In this document: one piece after another, positions 11,730-23,747 of the stretch | Position numbering within the stretch: the stretch's first letter is position 1 | Layout of the letters: each line of letters opens with the position of its first letter | Assembly (NCBI GenBank): GCA_964035575.1 | Contig: OZ037847.1 | Coordinates: forward strand, 1,426,001 to 1,490,000 | DNA length: 64,000 bases | From: Rhynchopus sp. YZ270_cl-10 | Taxonomy: Eukaryota | Reading direction: 5' to 3' | Position numbers and translations under genes: made by a program | Notes under the pieces: generated by a model | Database searches by the model: none | Seen by the model: only the letters and a program-made list of their open reading frames with translations | Told to the model about the DNA's origin: nothing

Positions 11730-14623
11730 ATGCCTGTCACAGCCCTTTCATCGAATGCGCACCCTGCAACTCACAAGGGGGTGTTGAGCAGATATATCGG
11801 GAGTTTCGAGGAGCACGGCCGGAGCAAGCCGCTTGCGTTATTTGAGGCCCGGGTGGTGTATGGCGCGAACCTGGCGGAGATGCTGGGGACCCCCGAGATG
11901 GAGGTTCTGGTCATGGCAACCAAACAGAGTCTGACCATAGCACAGCCTGACGGTGTGGTGTCACACTATATGCGACTCTCAGAGATTGACTCTATTGTGG
12001 TTAAAGATGATTTAATACTTTGCCGAGGCTGTCCACGTGTTGCTAGAGGAGAGGACGTTCTTTTAAAACTCCCTTCTGAAGATATTGAGGACCTGATAGA
12101 CCTTCTTCGTACGAATAAGCAGGGTACCTTCCGTTTGCCGCTTCCGGTGGTTCATACGCAGCGCCCTGTGGAGACGATTGCTTCGTTTGCTTCGCCGTGT
12201 ATGTTGGAGGTGTTGTTGTGGGAGCTGCCAAAGCGAGAAGATGGGAGGGTGGACGTCCGTCCCGAATCGCCTAAACAGGCAAAGGCGTTGCTGTCATTGC
12301 ATAATCTGCGGAGGGAGCTGAGCGACGCAGAAGGGGGCCTGCGGGGAGGGGTGGAGGCCGTGGTGGCAAGGAGAGTGGTGGCGCTGCCGTCTCCACCAAG
12401 GCAGGTGTCGTTGTGTTCGATTGACAGTGGGTTGGAGCCGTTTTTTGCACCGCTTCACCCAATCTTTGTTCGCGTCGTGACCCACCTCTGCAGCAAAACC
12501 GAGGCAACAATAGCAGAGCGTGTCATCGCCGTCTGCCGTGACACCATTCTCCTTTGCGACACCTCCGCTATCGTCTGCCGCATGCTCCGTTACGAAGAAA
12601 TCGCTGCCGTCCAGATCAGGCAAAAGCCCGACGGTGCAAAGGAAGACATACTCATTGTCCGCGCCATCGAAGGAACCGGGGAAGCCCCTCTGGCCCTTCT
12701 TCTGACAGACGACAAACGCAACATCCACCGTGGTGGCTACTCTCTTATCAACGCCATAGAGCGCGCTGCGATGGACGCAAAATGTGACATCCACTTTATC
12801 CGTGGGGGCGATCATGACGCAACAATGTCGCTCACTGATGTGGCCGAATCCGCAGAAATCCCAGAAGAATTGGTGACCCGCGTCTGCGGGAGTGTTGACA
12901 ACGTGACTGAACGGGACCTCTACGATTTTGCAGAAGAAATCAACGAAAATGCGTCCGACCGCTGTGTCTCTGTTGCCCGCAACCTTCTTGAAACGCTGGC
13001 AAAGGCGAAGCCAGCGAAGGCCGTTTCGTTCTCAGACACACACACCGGGGACAACGCTCTGCGGCTCCAGAACCAGGTCCTCGCCGAGGAGGTAGCCTCT
13101 CTGAAACGCGAGCTGGATGCTATGTCCTACAAAATGAGTGAAACGAATGTCCAGAAGTACGTCAGCTCTGTGCAGGCAGACTGCTCTGTTTGCGAGACGC
13201 GACGTGGCGACATTGAAGCACTCAACGAACAACTCTACGAAGCGCGCAACAGTCTTTCCTCCGAACGCCGTGAGAAGGAACGCCTCGAGGACGAGCTGAA
13301 CCACGCTCAAGCGCAGGCCCGGACCACACGCATCTTCCCCACAGCATGCGCCGTCCCTGCCGACACCGACACACCACCAGCCACACCTCCACAACGCCCA
13401 ATGTTCGCACTCTCACCCCACCCGGTCAACCCACGCGAAGAGAACGTCATCGTCACCACCGCCGCCACCTCCAAGCTCAGCTGCGACTCCTTCGGAAGCG
13501 AGGACGGCGCCTCCCGCCGCTCCTCCCTCTCCCTGGTCAAGGTCGACACAATCTTCTCCCGCCTCGACCTCCGCCCCGCCTCCCCTTCTCCATCCGACTC
13601 CGAAGACGACCTTCTCGCAACCAAAGCACCACAACGCAGAGAACCCCCTACCGCACGTCTAGCCAACCTCAAACGCACCCCCAGCCCTGACCGCGACCGT
13701 CCCGATGCCATGATGCACACCCTCAGCTTCAAAACCCTCGACGCTTTAGCGACACCCGAGGCCAGCTCCCGCTCCGTGGAGGTAGGGAGCTGTGCGAAGG
13801 CGTTGGGAGAGAGTCTTGCCCCTAAGGAAAAGGAAGGCGAAGGGCGCAACGGTCTGCAGGAGATGCTTCAACGTTCGAGGGACAGACGCGCGCAGAGAGG
13901 CGGTGGGGAGGCAGAGGCGGCACAGTCTTTGTCTTTGCAGGCAATTCTTGAGCGGTCGCGCCTAAGACAATCCAAGCACGACGAAGAGCTAGAGGACGCG
14001 ACAGCACCGCCGCAGGCAAGCAGCTCACCTAAGGGCTACTCTGCAACACCCCCCGCAAGCGCACGCCCCACAACAGACGACAGCAGACCCCTCGGCCAAG
14101 ACGTCGTCGAGCTGCAGTCCGCCCTCCAAGACTATGTCTGCACAGTCGACCTTAGCCCCAACTCCTACGGTGCAGAGGAGTCTCCAGAAAAGACCACAAC
14201 AACAAGCGACGACACAACAGACCCCTTTGCAGAAGAGCTAGCCTTCTGTGGGTTGACGGCAGAAGAGCAGCTGTCGCTCAAAGGGTTGGGAATATGCAAT
14301 AGGTATGAGGCAAACCCGTTTTCGGTAGTGTATCAGATGTCAATAAAAATGGATGTATAATTGTATGGTTGGGGGGGTCCACCCCTCTGTGGTGTAAAGG
14401 TACATTGTGATGAGAGGGTTGTTGTGTTGTTGTGTTTCTTGAAGAGAGGGTTTATATTGTTTGTCTTATTTGAAACCACTATCTACACAGCCGCCACCTG
14501 GAGTACATAACGCTCGCGGAGCTGTACGAAGTGCTCAGCAAGGAAATGACCGAGAGGCTCCTGAAGCAGTTCAACCTCGTCGCACCAAGCTGCCCCGACC
14601 ATTTTGTGATGAAGGTTGAATAG
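11730..14623 (+). CDS. Hypothetical protein with PH-like repeats, coiled coil and possible C-terminal SAM-like domain; exons 11730-14302, 14491-14623
   Basis: 878-aa ORF; intron GTATGA(14303)...CAG(14490) continues the frame to TAG 14623. Domain calls are by eye only. Confidence 0.7.
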
Positions 14624-16202
14624 AAGTCATTCGATTTCCCCCCCCCTCCCCTTGAAACTGTTTCCCAAACTAAAATGCTTTTTTTTTCCGGCAAAAAATA
14701 TAGCCAATGCAGAGAGAACCATTTTTTTTGGTTTTTCAACACTTTTTTTCATTAACCTCCCCTTGAAACTGTTTGTTTGTTTCTTCCCTACCCTTTGTAA
14801 GTTGTTTTCTTTTAGAATTTTGATTTTGTTTTTTTTTTCTTTCGTTTATCCCCTTTCCCCCCACCAATTGTCAATACTTCGAAACCTTCCACCTTCTACG
14901 TGATCATTGCTGTGTGAAAAAGATGCAGTGTTACCCTCACGGTGTTCATCTTTCATGTGTTTTTATGTGCGCAACTCTGCTGAGGTTTAGGCAGGTGCGC
15001 TTTAAGAAAGCGACTTTTCTTTGTAGGTAAAAAATATAGCTAGTTGTTGTCTCTTTTCCGTTGATTCTTTTGCTGAAGGTGATATTTCAAAGTTTTCTGA
15101 TTTATTTTATCTTCTATTCAGTAGAATAGTTAGTATATGAAACAATGATTTATCATCCTAGCGTAATGTGAAAAATAAAGTATTGCGTGTCGAACGAAAC
15201 AAGGTTTCGCACGCTGTCTTTCCTTCAGGAAAAATATATGACATCAAAGGGCCCTACTCGGGGGGTAATTTCTTTTGTAGGCCGCAGGATATTGTGCTTT
15301 CATCCGGATGGCTGGCACCGTATGTGGGTCGGAGTGTTGGCCCCTGCATCAATAACTACAGTTTTTTTTTATGGATGTTGCACTTGGCATGTCCATCCTT
15401 CGAATTTGTTCTTTCTTTAAAAGGTGAGTCAGCAGTCAGTATGAAAGGCTTGGGCTCATCTGTTAGCAACTTTTCTTTCTTTTGTATTTTAGTATTCCCT
15501 CCCCAAAGAAGGAATGGAAAAAAAAAAAAATGGTTTTCTTCCCGAATTATTCCCCTAGAACCCACCCCACCCTGTTGTTGTGTTGTTTCTTTATTTTTGA
15601 AACCCCTATCACAGCAAATGATTAGATCCAAAATGATATTATATTTATACGCATTTGCTGTGTGTGTGTGTGTGTTTGATAACTAATAGGGGTAATTCTT
15701 GCGCAGAATATGGCTTCATGTGTGTGTGGATGTGATGCATATTTAAAGTTTTCAAACGTTCTTTCATTTTGTGGATAATGTAAGAATATGAGTGAAATCT
15801 GTCATTTTTTCCCTTTCTTAAAACAACGTCAACGATATTCACGGAATGCATCTACAGAGAAGGATTTATTTTTGCTATTCCAAGGGGTTTTTTTAAAACA
15901 TAACCACTTCTCCCCTCTTTTTTTTTAGACCGTTTTTTTTTTCTGAATTTTTTATTGCACAAAAAAAAGGCCGTTTTTTTCTTCCTCTCATATCCCTCTT
16001 CCTCCCCCTTCTCCACCCACCCCATCCACTTTCAGATCTGTTCTGCAATCCCAAAGAGCGTCTCAAACCTTTCATTCCCCCACTTCCCCGTCCCCTTCCC
16101 CACACCTCCACTCTTACACAAATCTACGTGAAACTCATATCTCTTCTCTTAATCTTTTAACAACGATTTTTTTTGGATTCCAACCCTTTTCATTTTTCTC
16201 CA

Positions 16203-19184
16203 ATGCCTGTTGTCGGAAGATGCCAAAAGGTGATATCATACCTTGATGAGGGGTACCACCATTTGCATGCAAACACCCACGCCTTATTGGAGGATGCAGA
16301 GGGTGCTGCGACGTGTCTACACTGCTGCGTTCGCTTTATGGGGATGGAAGGGACTGACAGTACCGAGGCTACGACTATGGGACGCTTTCTGCTGCATGCC
16401 TTGGAATCTGATGGGGTCGTATGCGAGATGACACGACGCAACTGTGCTGGAGACATGATGGCACTTCTTTTTAACTCCGTTCATGAGACTGACCGTGAGC
16501 TGGGAGGGCTAATGGAGGATTTGGCTGTATCCTTTGCATGTCGCAGTCCTTCTACAGCATGCACACCCGCATTTTTGAATGCTTTTTGGGCAATTTATGT
16601 GGAGTCTTCTCTTCGTCGAAGGGAGGCTTTAATTGGTGTTTTTGCTGCAGTGCTTTCAGAATTGCCTGAAATAGGTGAATTGCTATCTGTAGCAGGGCCT
16701 AAGCTGTTATGTGAGTTTAATGTTTTCCTCACAGACAGTAGTGCAACAGAAACGGCGAAGGCGGCGGTGCTGTATGTTTTCCTTAAGGTCGCCCATTCCG
16801 CGAATGTGGTAGATGTGTTTACGCATCTCGATGGGATTTTCCAGACAATCACAAAGGGGTTGTCTCAAACCGCGCCACAAAGTGTGTTTTGTATCAATGC
16901 GGTTGCGTTGCTCAATTCGGTGTGCGGGTTTCCGGAGATTGTGAGAATGTTGCCTTTGTGCACTGAAGGGGATGTGTCGTTGCCCAAGGCGGTGTCGAGG
17001 CTGTTGACGCAGAAGGTCCCGCATTTGCAGAAGGCGTTGGTAACGTTGCTGTGCACGTTGTGTAGAGAGCATGGGGGTGCAGGGCTGCTTGCGGAAACGT
17101 TGCTTCCGGAGTATTTATTAGAATGTCTTGATGCGGATGATCCAGATCTTATCATATCTGCCTGCGAATTGCTTGAAACATTGCATACAGAGGGAGGAGC
17201 TTGTGTCATAAAACTACGTCATGCGATAGATTCTGTGGTGCAAAGGCTGTTCCGTTTGCTTCCCTCCGGGCAGGATGCGGTGGTGGTGCCCGCAACGAAG
17301 CTGCTTTCCGTGTTGTTGGATGGGCTTGAACAGAAAGGGTTTGAGAGTGGAGGAGGGGTTGAGCTGCGGGGGGCGACCAAGGGGAATTTGGTGATGGTGG
17401 TGCAGCTTGTGGTGGTAGGGGAGGAAGGGGAGAGGGTGGCGGCTGGGAGGGTGGCGATGGGGGTGGCGGCAATGGGGAGTTGTGTGAGGCTGCGGTGTGT
17501 TGATTGTGCGGAGTTGATCCGGACAGCGTCGCGCGCTGTGATGGAGGAGGTGGAGGTGGTTGCCGCAGTGATCTCTCTCTTCGACGCTGCCTCCGAAAGC
17601 CTCCACACCCTCCACACCCTCGACTCCCCTGAAGTGCACACCGTCTACACCCACGCCCTCCACCTCGCGCGCCACCCCCACTCCGATCGCTCCATGATCT
17701 GCTCCCTGCTCTCCCTCTCCCACAATGTCCTCACCCCTTCCCTCCTACCCACCTTCGCTCCGTACCTCCTTTCCGTTCTTTTAACCCACACCTCAAATCT
17801 TCCTGAAATAGCAGCGCAAATCGCGGCACGGTGTCTTCAAAAATTAATGAGTGTCTCAGGGTCTTCTTCATGGGAAGAAGAAACAGTGTTAGAGGTGACG
17901 GTTGGAGGTGTGGTGAATGGGTTGGGAGGCGATGAAAAGAGTGTGGAGAGAGCGTGCGATGTGATTGCATTTGATTTCGAGCATTCGGAGGAGATAAACT
18001 TTAATCCTGCTGAAATATTGCGTATTGTCGCGCAAAGCCATGCGACACCTGAACACATTGTGAGGCTCTCTACTGTGGTTCACAAACGATGTGGTATTGT
18101 GCATGGGGAAGGTGATCGGCATTTCATACGAAACTGTTTGCGTTCGTTTGCATCCAATGAGGACACTCCGGCCCCTGCAGTGTTAACCTGGGCGGTGCGT
18201 TTATTTGGGATTGACGCAGATGTGCTCAGCATTGTGCTCAAGGTGCCTGCTACGAAGCCCTATCTCGATGCTATGGTCACAGCTACGTATGCGACGGCGG
18301 ATCTTACCTTGGCGCTGCTCCGTCACCAAGCCGATGCAGGGCTCACAGAGACGCAACGTCTTCGTCTGCTTCCGTGGTGTTTGGAATGTGTAGGGGCGTT
18401 AAAAGGGGCGGATGATGAAGTGTTGTACAGCGCGCTCAGTGTGTTGAAGGTTGTTGCTGATAGCGGCAGTACAATGGTTGTGAAAATCGTGCGCACATTG
18501 TTGGATTTGCTGCCGAAGCCGGAGAAGAGCGTGGAAATGCACAGCGCTGTGCGATCGCTTTGTGTATGGGCGGTGGCGCTGTTGGAACGTACGTTGCAAA
18601 GGGTCGTGGAGGGTGGGTCAGAACGGACGTTGTGTGAGCTTGCGGCACAATGCATTCATCTGCTTGATGTGTCGGGGGTGTGTGCCTGCGGGGGGGTGCC
18701 GCTGTGTCCGTCATTGTTGGCGTCTTGTTTCTCGCATATGACACTCCGTAAAAACGTGGTGACAACACACCTCTCTACCCGAGCGCCGCTGTTGAGGATG
18801 TTGGCGTTGTTGCTGGGCGGCGAAGGTGCGGGGCATGACGGCTGTCCCAGGGTCTGTTTTGTCTCGCTCACCGTGGGTCTGCACGGCTTCACCCGTGAGG
18901 AGAAGGAGAACGTCTTCGTTGCTGTGGCACGTCTTCTCGCAACAGATTCTCTTCTCAACCTGGATGCTTGTCTCTTCCTGCATGCAGCTCTGCAGTGCTG
19001 GGCAGTAGGCCCCGACAGTGTGCGCACAGCCATCCTGCATGCAACAGAAGCGCTGCCCAAGGCAATGCTCGCAACCCTCGCCACCCACCCCGCACTCCTC
19101 TGGATGAAGAGCTGTGGTGGTGAAGAAGTCGTCTCAAACCTAAACCAGCTTCTCCTAAAAATTGGGTCTCCATATTGTCCTTGA
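16203..19184 (+). CDS. MEI1: MEI1/PRD1-like meiotic double-strand-break factor (ARM/HEAT-repeat protein)
   Basis: N-terminal H...CLHC motif, then colinear blocks KAAVLYVFLKV, CINAVALL, GDVSLPKAVSRLLTQKVPHLQKA, LPEYLLECL, HAIDSVVQRL resemble recalled MEI1 segments (CLAC, [61 protein letters not shown]). Confidence 0.7.
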   Translation: MPVVGRCQKVISYLDEGYHHLHANTHALLEDAEGAATCLHCCVRFMGMEGTDSTEATTMGRFLLHALESDGVVCEMTRRNCAGDMMALLFNSVHETDRELGGLMEDLAVSFACRSPSTACTPAFLNAFWAIYVESSLRRREALIGVFAAVLSELPEIGELLSVAGPKLLCEFNVFLTDSSATETAKAAVLYVFLKVAHSANVVDVFTHLDGIFQTITKGLSQTAPQSVFCINAVALLNSVCGFPEIVRMLPLCTEGDVSLPKAVSRLLTQKVPHLQKALVTLLCTLCREHGGAGLLAETLLPEYLLECLDADDPDLIISACELLETLHTEGGACVIKLRHAIDSVVQRLFRLLPSGQDAVVVPATKLLSVLLDGLEQKGFESGGGVELRGATKGNLVMVVQLVVVGEEGERVAAGRVAMGVAAMGSCVRLRCVDCAELIRTASRAVMEEVEVVAAVISLFDAASESLHTLHTLDSPEVHTVYTHALHLARHPHSDRSMICSLLSLSHNVLTPSLLPTFAPYLLSVLLTHTSNLPEIAAQIAARCLQKLMSVSGSSSWEEETVLEVTVGGVVNGLGGDEKSVERACDVIAFDFEHSEEINFNPAEILRIVAQSHATPEHIVRLSTVVHKRCGIVHGEGDRHFIRNCLRSFASNEDTPAPAVLTWAVRLFGIDADVLSIVLKVPATKPYLDAMVTATYATADLTLALLRHQADAGLTETQRLRLLPWCLECVGALKGADDEVLYSALSVLKVVADSGSTMVVKIVRTLLDLLPKPEKSVEMHSAVRSLCVWAVALLERTLQRVVEGGSERTLCELAAQCIHLLDVSGVCACGGVPLCPSLLASCFSHMTLRKNVVTTHLSTRAPLLRMLALLLGGEGAGHDGCPRVCFVSLTVGLHGFTREEKENVFVAVARLLATDSLLNLDACLFLHAALQCWAVGPDSVRTAILHATEALPKAMLATLATHPALLWMKSCGGEEVVSNLNQLLLKIGSPYCP

Positions 19185-19497
19185 TTTTTTTTCTCAAAAA
19201 ATATCCAAAAAACCGACGGATATTTTCAATGTCTCATTTTTTCGGTGCCCACGTCTGCCAATGAACGGTGAGGCGTTTGCACTTTCAACTTCTCTTTTCC
19301 CCCCAGTGTTTGCGTCCGGTCTCTTGTGAGGCGTGCACACTTCTTTTTTTTTTCAAAATTCTCGCGTTTCTCCAAACTGACCCCCAACCCTTCATTTTAA
19401 CCTCTCCCTTCCCTTCCCCCTCTCCCCCTCTCTTCCTCTCCCATATCACCCTCTCCTCATACAGACAGCGTAGCCCTTTTTAGGCGCCCTGTTTAAG

Positions 19498-22400
19498 ATG
19501 TCTGGCAATACACTGAAGCCAGACAGTGCGAGCGAAGCGTCGCCGTCGAAGACCGGAGAGCCCAGGAAGATTCTGAACATGGCGTCGGTGACGCCTGCGG
19601 CACGGCCGATGGGGTTGTGGGTGGCGGAGCTGGACAAGCTGGACCAGGGGTCGCAGAGTCTGCCGGTGACGCCGAACCACCCGCCGTTGAACAGCGCACG
19701 GCTTGTTCCCATGCGCTCGACACCTGCACTGTCTGCAAACCGTCTCGCTGCTGGACGCCGCTCTGCACCTGGCACCCCCTTCATGGCCGGCGTGCAGCAA
19801 GAAATGATGGGCGGCGAAGCCATGGACATGATGATGCAAATCAGCGGCCCCCTCGGCGGCAAGCCCTGGGCAGACGACGTCCCCGAGACACCACCCATGG
19901 TGCGCGGCACTCCTCCCTTCATGCCCAACCCCATGATGCTCAACCGTGGCGGTTACGGCAACCTCAACAACGTCGACCAAATGAACATGGACATGATGCA
20001 ATTCATGATGATGAACAGCAACACCGCTGACATGAGCTTTTCGGTATGTCTTTTTGCCCCTATCCTTTTACCCTCCCCCACGCAACAGCAAGGCGGCCAG
20101 GAGTGGAGACCCCAGCAAGCCGACCGTCGTCCGATGGGCCACCACCACCACCACCACCACCATATGCACCACGGAGGCCCTGATGATGGCCCTCCCTCCC
20201 AGGGCACGCAGGTGATCCGCCTGCAGGTGGACCCGCGCACAACGCTTGAGGTGCCGAAGCACCATCTCCGCTTCACACAGCGTGCAGAAATGCATCTGCG
20301 CACCAACGGCCACGTCGGGTGGTGCCAGCGCCACCACAACACCGGTGGCTGCAACTACGGAAACGGATGTGCCTTCGCGCACGTCATCGACTCGATGATT
20401 GACCACTACCGCCAAGACGCCGAAGCCGCTGTCGCAGCCAACCACGGACGCTTCGACGGCCCCGGCATCGGAATGGGCGGCAAAGGAGGTAAGGGCATGC
20501 ACCACCAGGGCCCCCCTCACATGATGGGTAAGGGGGGCAAGGGAGGACCACCGATGACCAGCATGATGGGAGGTGGCTGGCACGGCAAGGGAGGCAAAGG
20601 AGGTGGCATGACTGCAATGATGATGCAGGAGGAGGAGGAGGAGCAGATGGGTGGGCGTGGGATGTGGGCGGCAACCGCGATGCCGAAGGAGGACGGACCG
20701 CAGCAGCAGCCCACCCTCTCCTCGATGCTGTCGCTGCAGCGTGGGAACCAGAAGCCAGTATGTCATCCCTTCTGTTTTCGAAAACAAATGTTATGAAGAT
20801 TAGATAAGCTTCATACAGCCCTTCTTCCAGATACAGATGTGATCACAAAGGCACATCCGAGTTTTGTTTTTATTGATGTTCACACCACCTCCACACAGCA
20901 AACCGCCCAGCCCCAGCAGACACCCACCAGCACCCTCTCCTCCAACGCAGCCCCCTTCGTCAGGCCCGCACGTTACTGGGGGACCCAGAAGGCCACTGCC
21001 CCGAGCGAGTCCATCTTTGTGGTATGCACTCCTCTCCTCGTCTCTTCCACACACCACCACCACAGGGCCTGTACGAGGCTGTGTGCGACGCGATCAGCGA
21101 GGTGCTGAAGGTGCCGCATGAGAGCGGCGAGACGTCGTCGTCGGCACAGGAGCGTGCTGCGTCGGAGATTTTGACTGCGGACACGTGGACGGACGTGAGT
21201 GCGTGGCTGCGGAAGCAGACATGGGGCCGCAACGCGTCTGTTGCGATTGACCTCTGCGTTGCTGCAGGCCTCCACGAGCGTCCTGTTGAGGTGCTGACCG
21301 GGAAGATGAAGCGCATCCTGAAGTCGTGTGTCAACGGCCGCATCCGCCACGTCGACCTGTCGCTCTCCATCAAGGAGATTGGCATGCGCCCCGCACGCGA
21401 CATGGGTCTTGCCATCGCAGCCGAGCTGCGTGCCCAAGCAGAGGACCTCTCCGAGGTGGGCGTGCTCTCCCTCAACCACTGGGAGCTCAAGCACGACAGC
21501 ATCGCCGCCATCGGCAGCGCCCTCCCCCCACGCATTGAGACCGTCGAGATGCTCTGGGGCACCGGACAAGACAAGTGGACAGGTGTCGTCCAGATGGTCT
21601 GCGAGCTCCGCCAGCGCAACCAAAGCAGCAGCCTCAAGATCGGAGTCAGCGACCTCGAGAACGCACAGCTCCTCGGTGAGGCTCTCACGCAGATGCCCCT
21701 GACCCACACAGCGCCCCTCGTCGACCTTGAGATTAAGTCCAAGGCAGAGCTTGGCCACGAAGGGCGCGAGCTCCTCACCGGCGTCGTCCTGCCCGGCCTC
21801 AAGGTGCGTGTCCCCGCAGTGTACATCCCACCCATGCGTACTGGGTACGGACCGCTTCCAGAGGAGGTGCGTGTCATGTGCAACGAGCCGCAGGCGAACG
21901 AAGTGCTCAACACGCTCTCGTCGTACCTCACCATGCCCGAGTCGGAGCGTGTCAACCGTGTCTTCTTCAGGGGGATCACGGCGGCAACGGCACCGATGCT
22001 CGGAGAGTGCATCGGGCTTGTGCTCAACAACGCGAACATCCTTTCGATGGAGCTCCAGATCGCACGCGACACGAAGGGGAACCTGCAGGCGATGCTGCCT
22101 GTGCTGCAGCAGCAGGCGCTCAAGTGTGCGCTTGCCACAAAGCTGCAGAACCTTCTCATCGAGCTGAAGGACCCGCCGGAGCCGGAGCTGCTTGACGTGT
22201 GCCTGCTGCTGCCCGTCAAGCACATTCTTCTCACCGTGTACTGCGACCGCAACCAGCTGGAGCGTGTTCTCCCGCCGTTCATTGACAAGCTGAAGAAGCT
22301 GGACCCCCCGAGCCTGACCAGCGTCATGATTGACTACGGCAGGGGCTACGGCCGCGAGCACGGAATGTGCCGCGTGACCGGCCCTTGGTCGAAGTGCCAC

Positions 22401-23747
22401 ATGGAGTGGGTGTCTGAGGACGAGGCTGACGAGGCAGCGGAGTGCCTGCGTGACCCCTCCGCGTCTTCAGCAATGCAGACTGGGCAGCACGCTGTGCCGG
22501 GACGCTTCAGCCACATGCGCATTGCTGCTGAGGTATGGCCGCACTACCATCCAAACACCACCCACCACACCCCACCACCACCACCACCACCACCCAGGTC
22601 GTGGGACGCCCCCTTGGCGAGCCCCCCATGCCCGACGCCATTGTCGTGCAGGACGCACAGCACCTGGTGCACGTCCTGCAGTCGCAGCAGATCCGCATCC
22701 CAGGACGGACCACCATTGTCGTGCGTCCGTCGTCCCCTGGGCTGATGCAGGTGGACCTGTCGTCGGAGGTGCTGACTGTGGCGGGCGTTGAGTTCTCGTA
22801 CTGCGACATCACCCTCGGGAAGGGTGTGGACCTGGTTGACTCTGTTGTGCGTGGCGGGATCCTGCGTCTGGGTGGCGGTGGTCTCACACAGAACACCCTT
22901 ATTGGGACTGTGGTGGAGAACACTGAGGGCAGCGTGATCACGGGCAACAAGTTCGTGATGGAGAAGATGAGCCTGCCCGACAACGCGCAGGACAACCTCC
23001 TCATCATGAGCAGCACGAAGTCCGACTACACGCCGCTTAAGAACAACAACGTGCTCCTCCCCATCCCCAAGAAGGACCTCTCCTGGCACTCCCCCTCTGC
23101 GTACTTCGTCAAGAAGGAGAAGGTGCGCAACCAGGACATCTTCCCCGTGCAGGGTGAGGCAGCTGCCGTCAGGCTTGCAGCATTCGCGACCCTCGCGTCC
23201 AACATGAACGACCGGTATGTATCAGGTGACGATCACAGCGATTGTCGACATCATGACACCATCATAAAAATCAAAAACAGGGGTCTGATGGTGGTCCGTC
23301 CAGTTGCATACGGGTGCGACGTCAAGTCTGGCTCCAGCTGGGTATGTTAAAGCTAATAATAAAGCAAACACCTGATACAATCTGCAGGTCATGTTTGACA
23401 CGAGAGGCCCCAAGCTGAGTGACGCCCCCCAGCAGTGGTCTGCCGAGGGTGTTGCTGAGAAGGCGAGCGCGTCGATCTCAGCGTCGCTTGAGGAGCTGGC
23501 AAAGGTATGTCTTGCACAATGTGCGTCACGTCCTTGATGCGACCGTGCACCCCACAAACCTTTCTCCACGCAATTCAAAATAACACCACAGCACGGCTTC
23601 GCACACGGCAAGATCTCGCAAGACAACATCTACATTACACCCCAGAACAAGTGGGTGCTTGGACCCCCGTCCCCAGAAGCCCCCGCCGACCCCATGCAAG
23701 ATGGCGAGGCACTTCAGAAGGTTGTGAACTGGGCACTGAGCCAGTAA
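19498..23747 (+). CDS. Large multi-exon putative RNA-binding protein (CCCH finger, PAM2-like motif, C-terminal pseudokinase-like segment); exons 19498-20043, 20089-20757, 20899-21021, 21066-22532, 22598-23214, 23281-23341, 23388-23504, 23592-23747
   Basis: CQRHHNTGGCNYGNGCAFAH (CCCH); STLSSNAAPFV (PAM2-like); HGFAHGKISQDNIYITPQNKWVLG (degenerate kinase VIb-VII). Seven GTATG...CAG introns keep one frame. Confidence 0.75.

Noticed and set aside
20960..22400. Long minus-strand ORFs (455 and 475 aa) and similar antisense ORFs over other genes
   Set aside because: Shadows of GC-rich + strand CDSs; no recognisable motifs.
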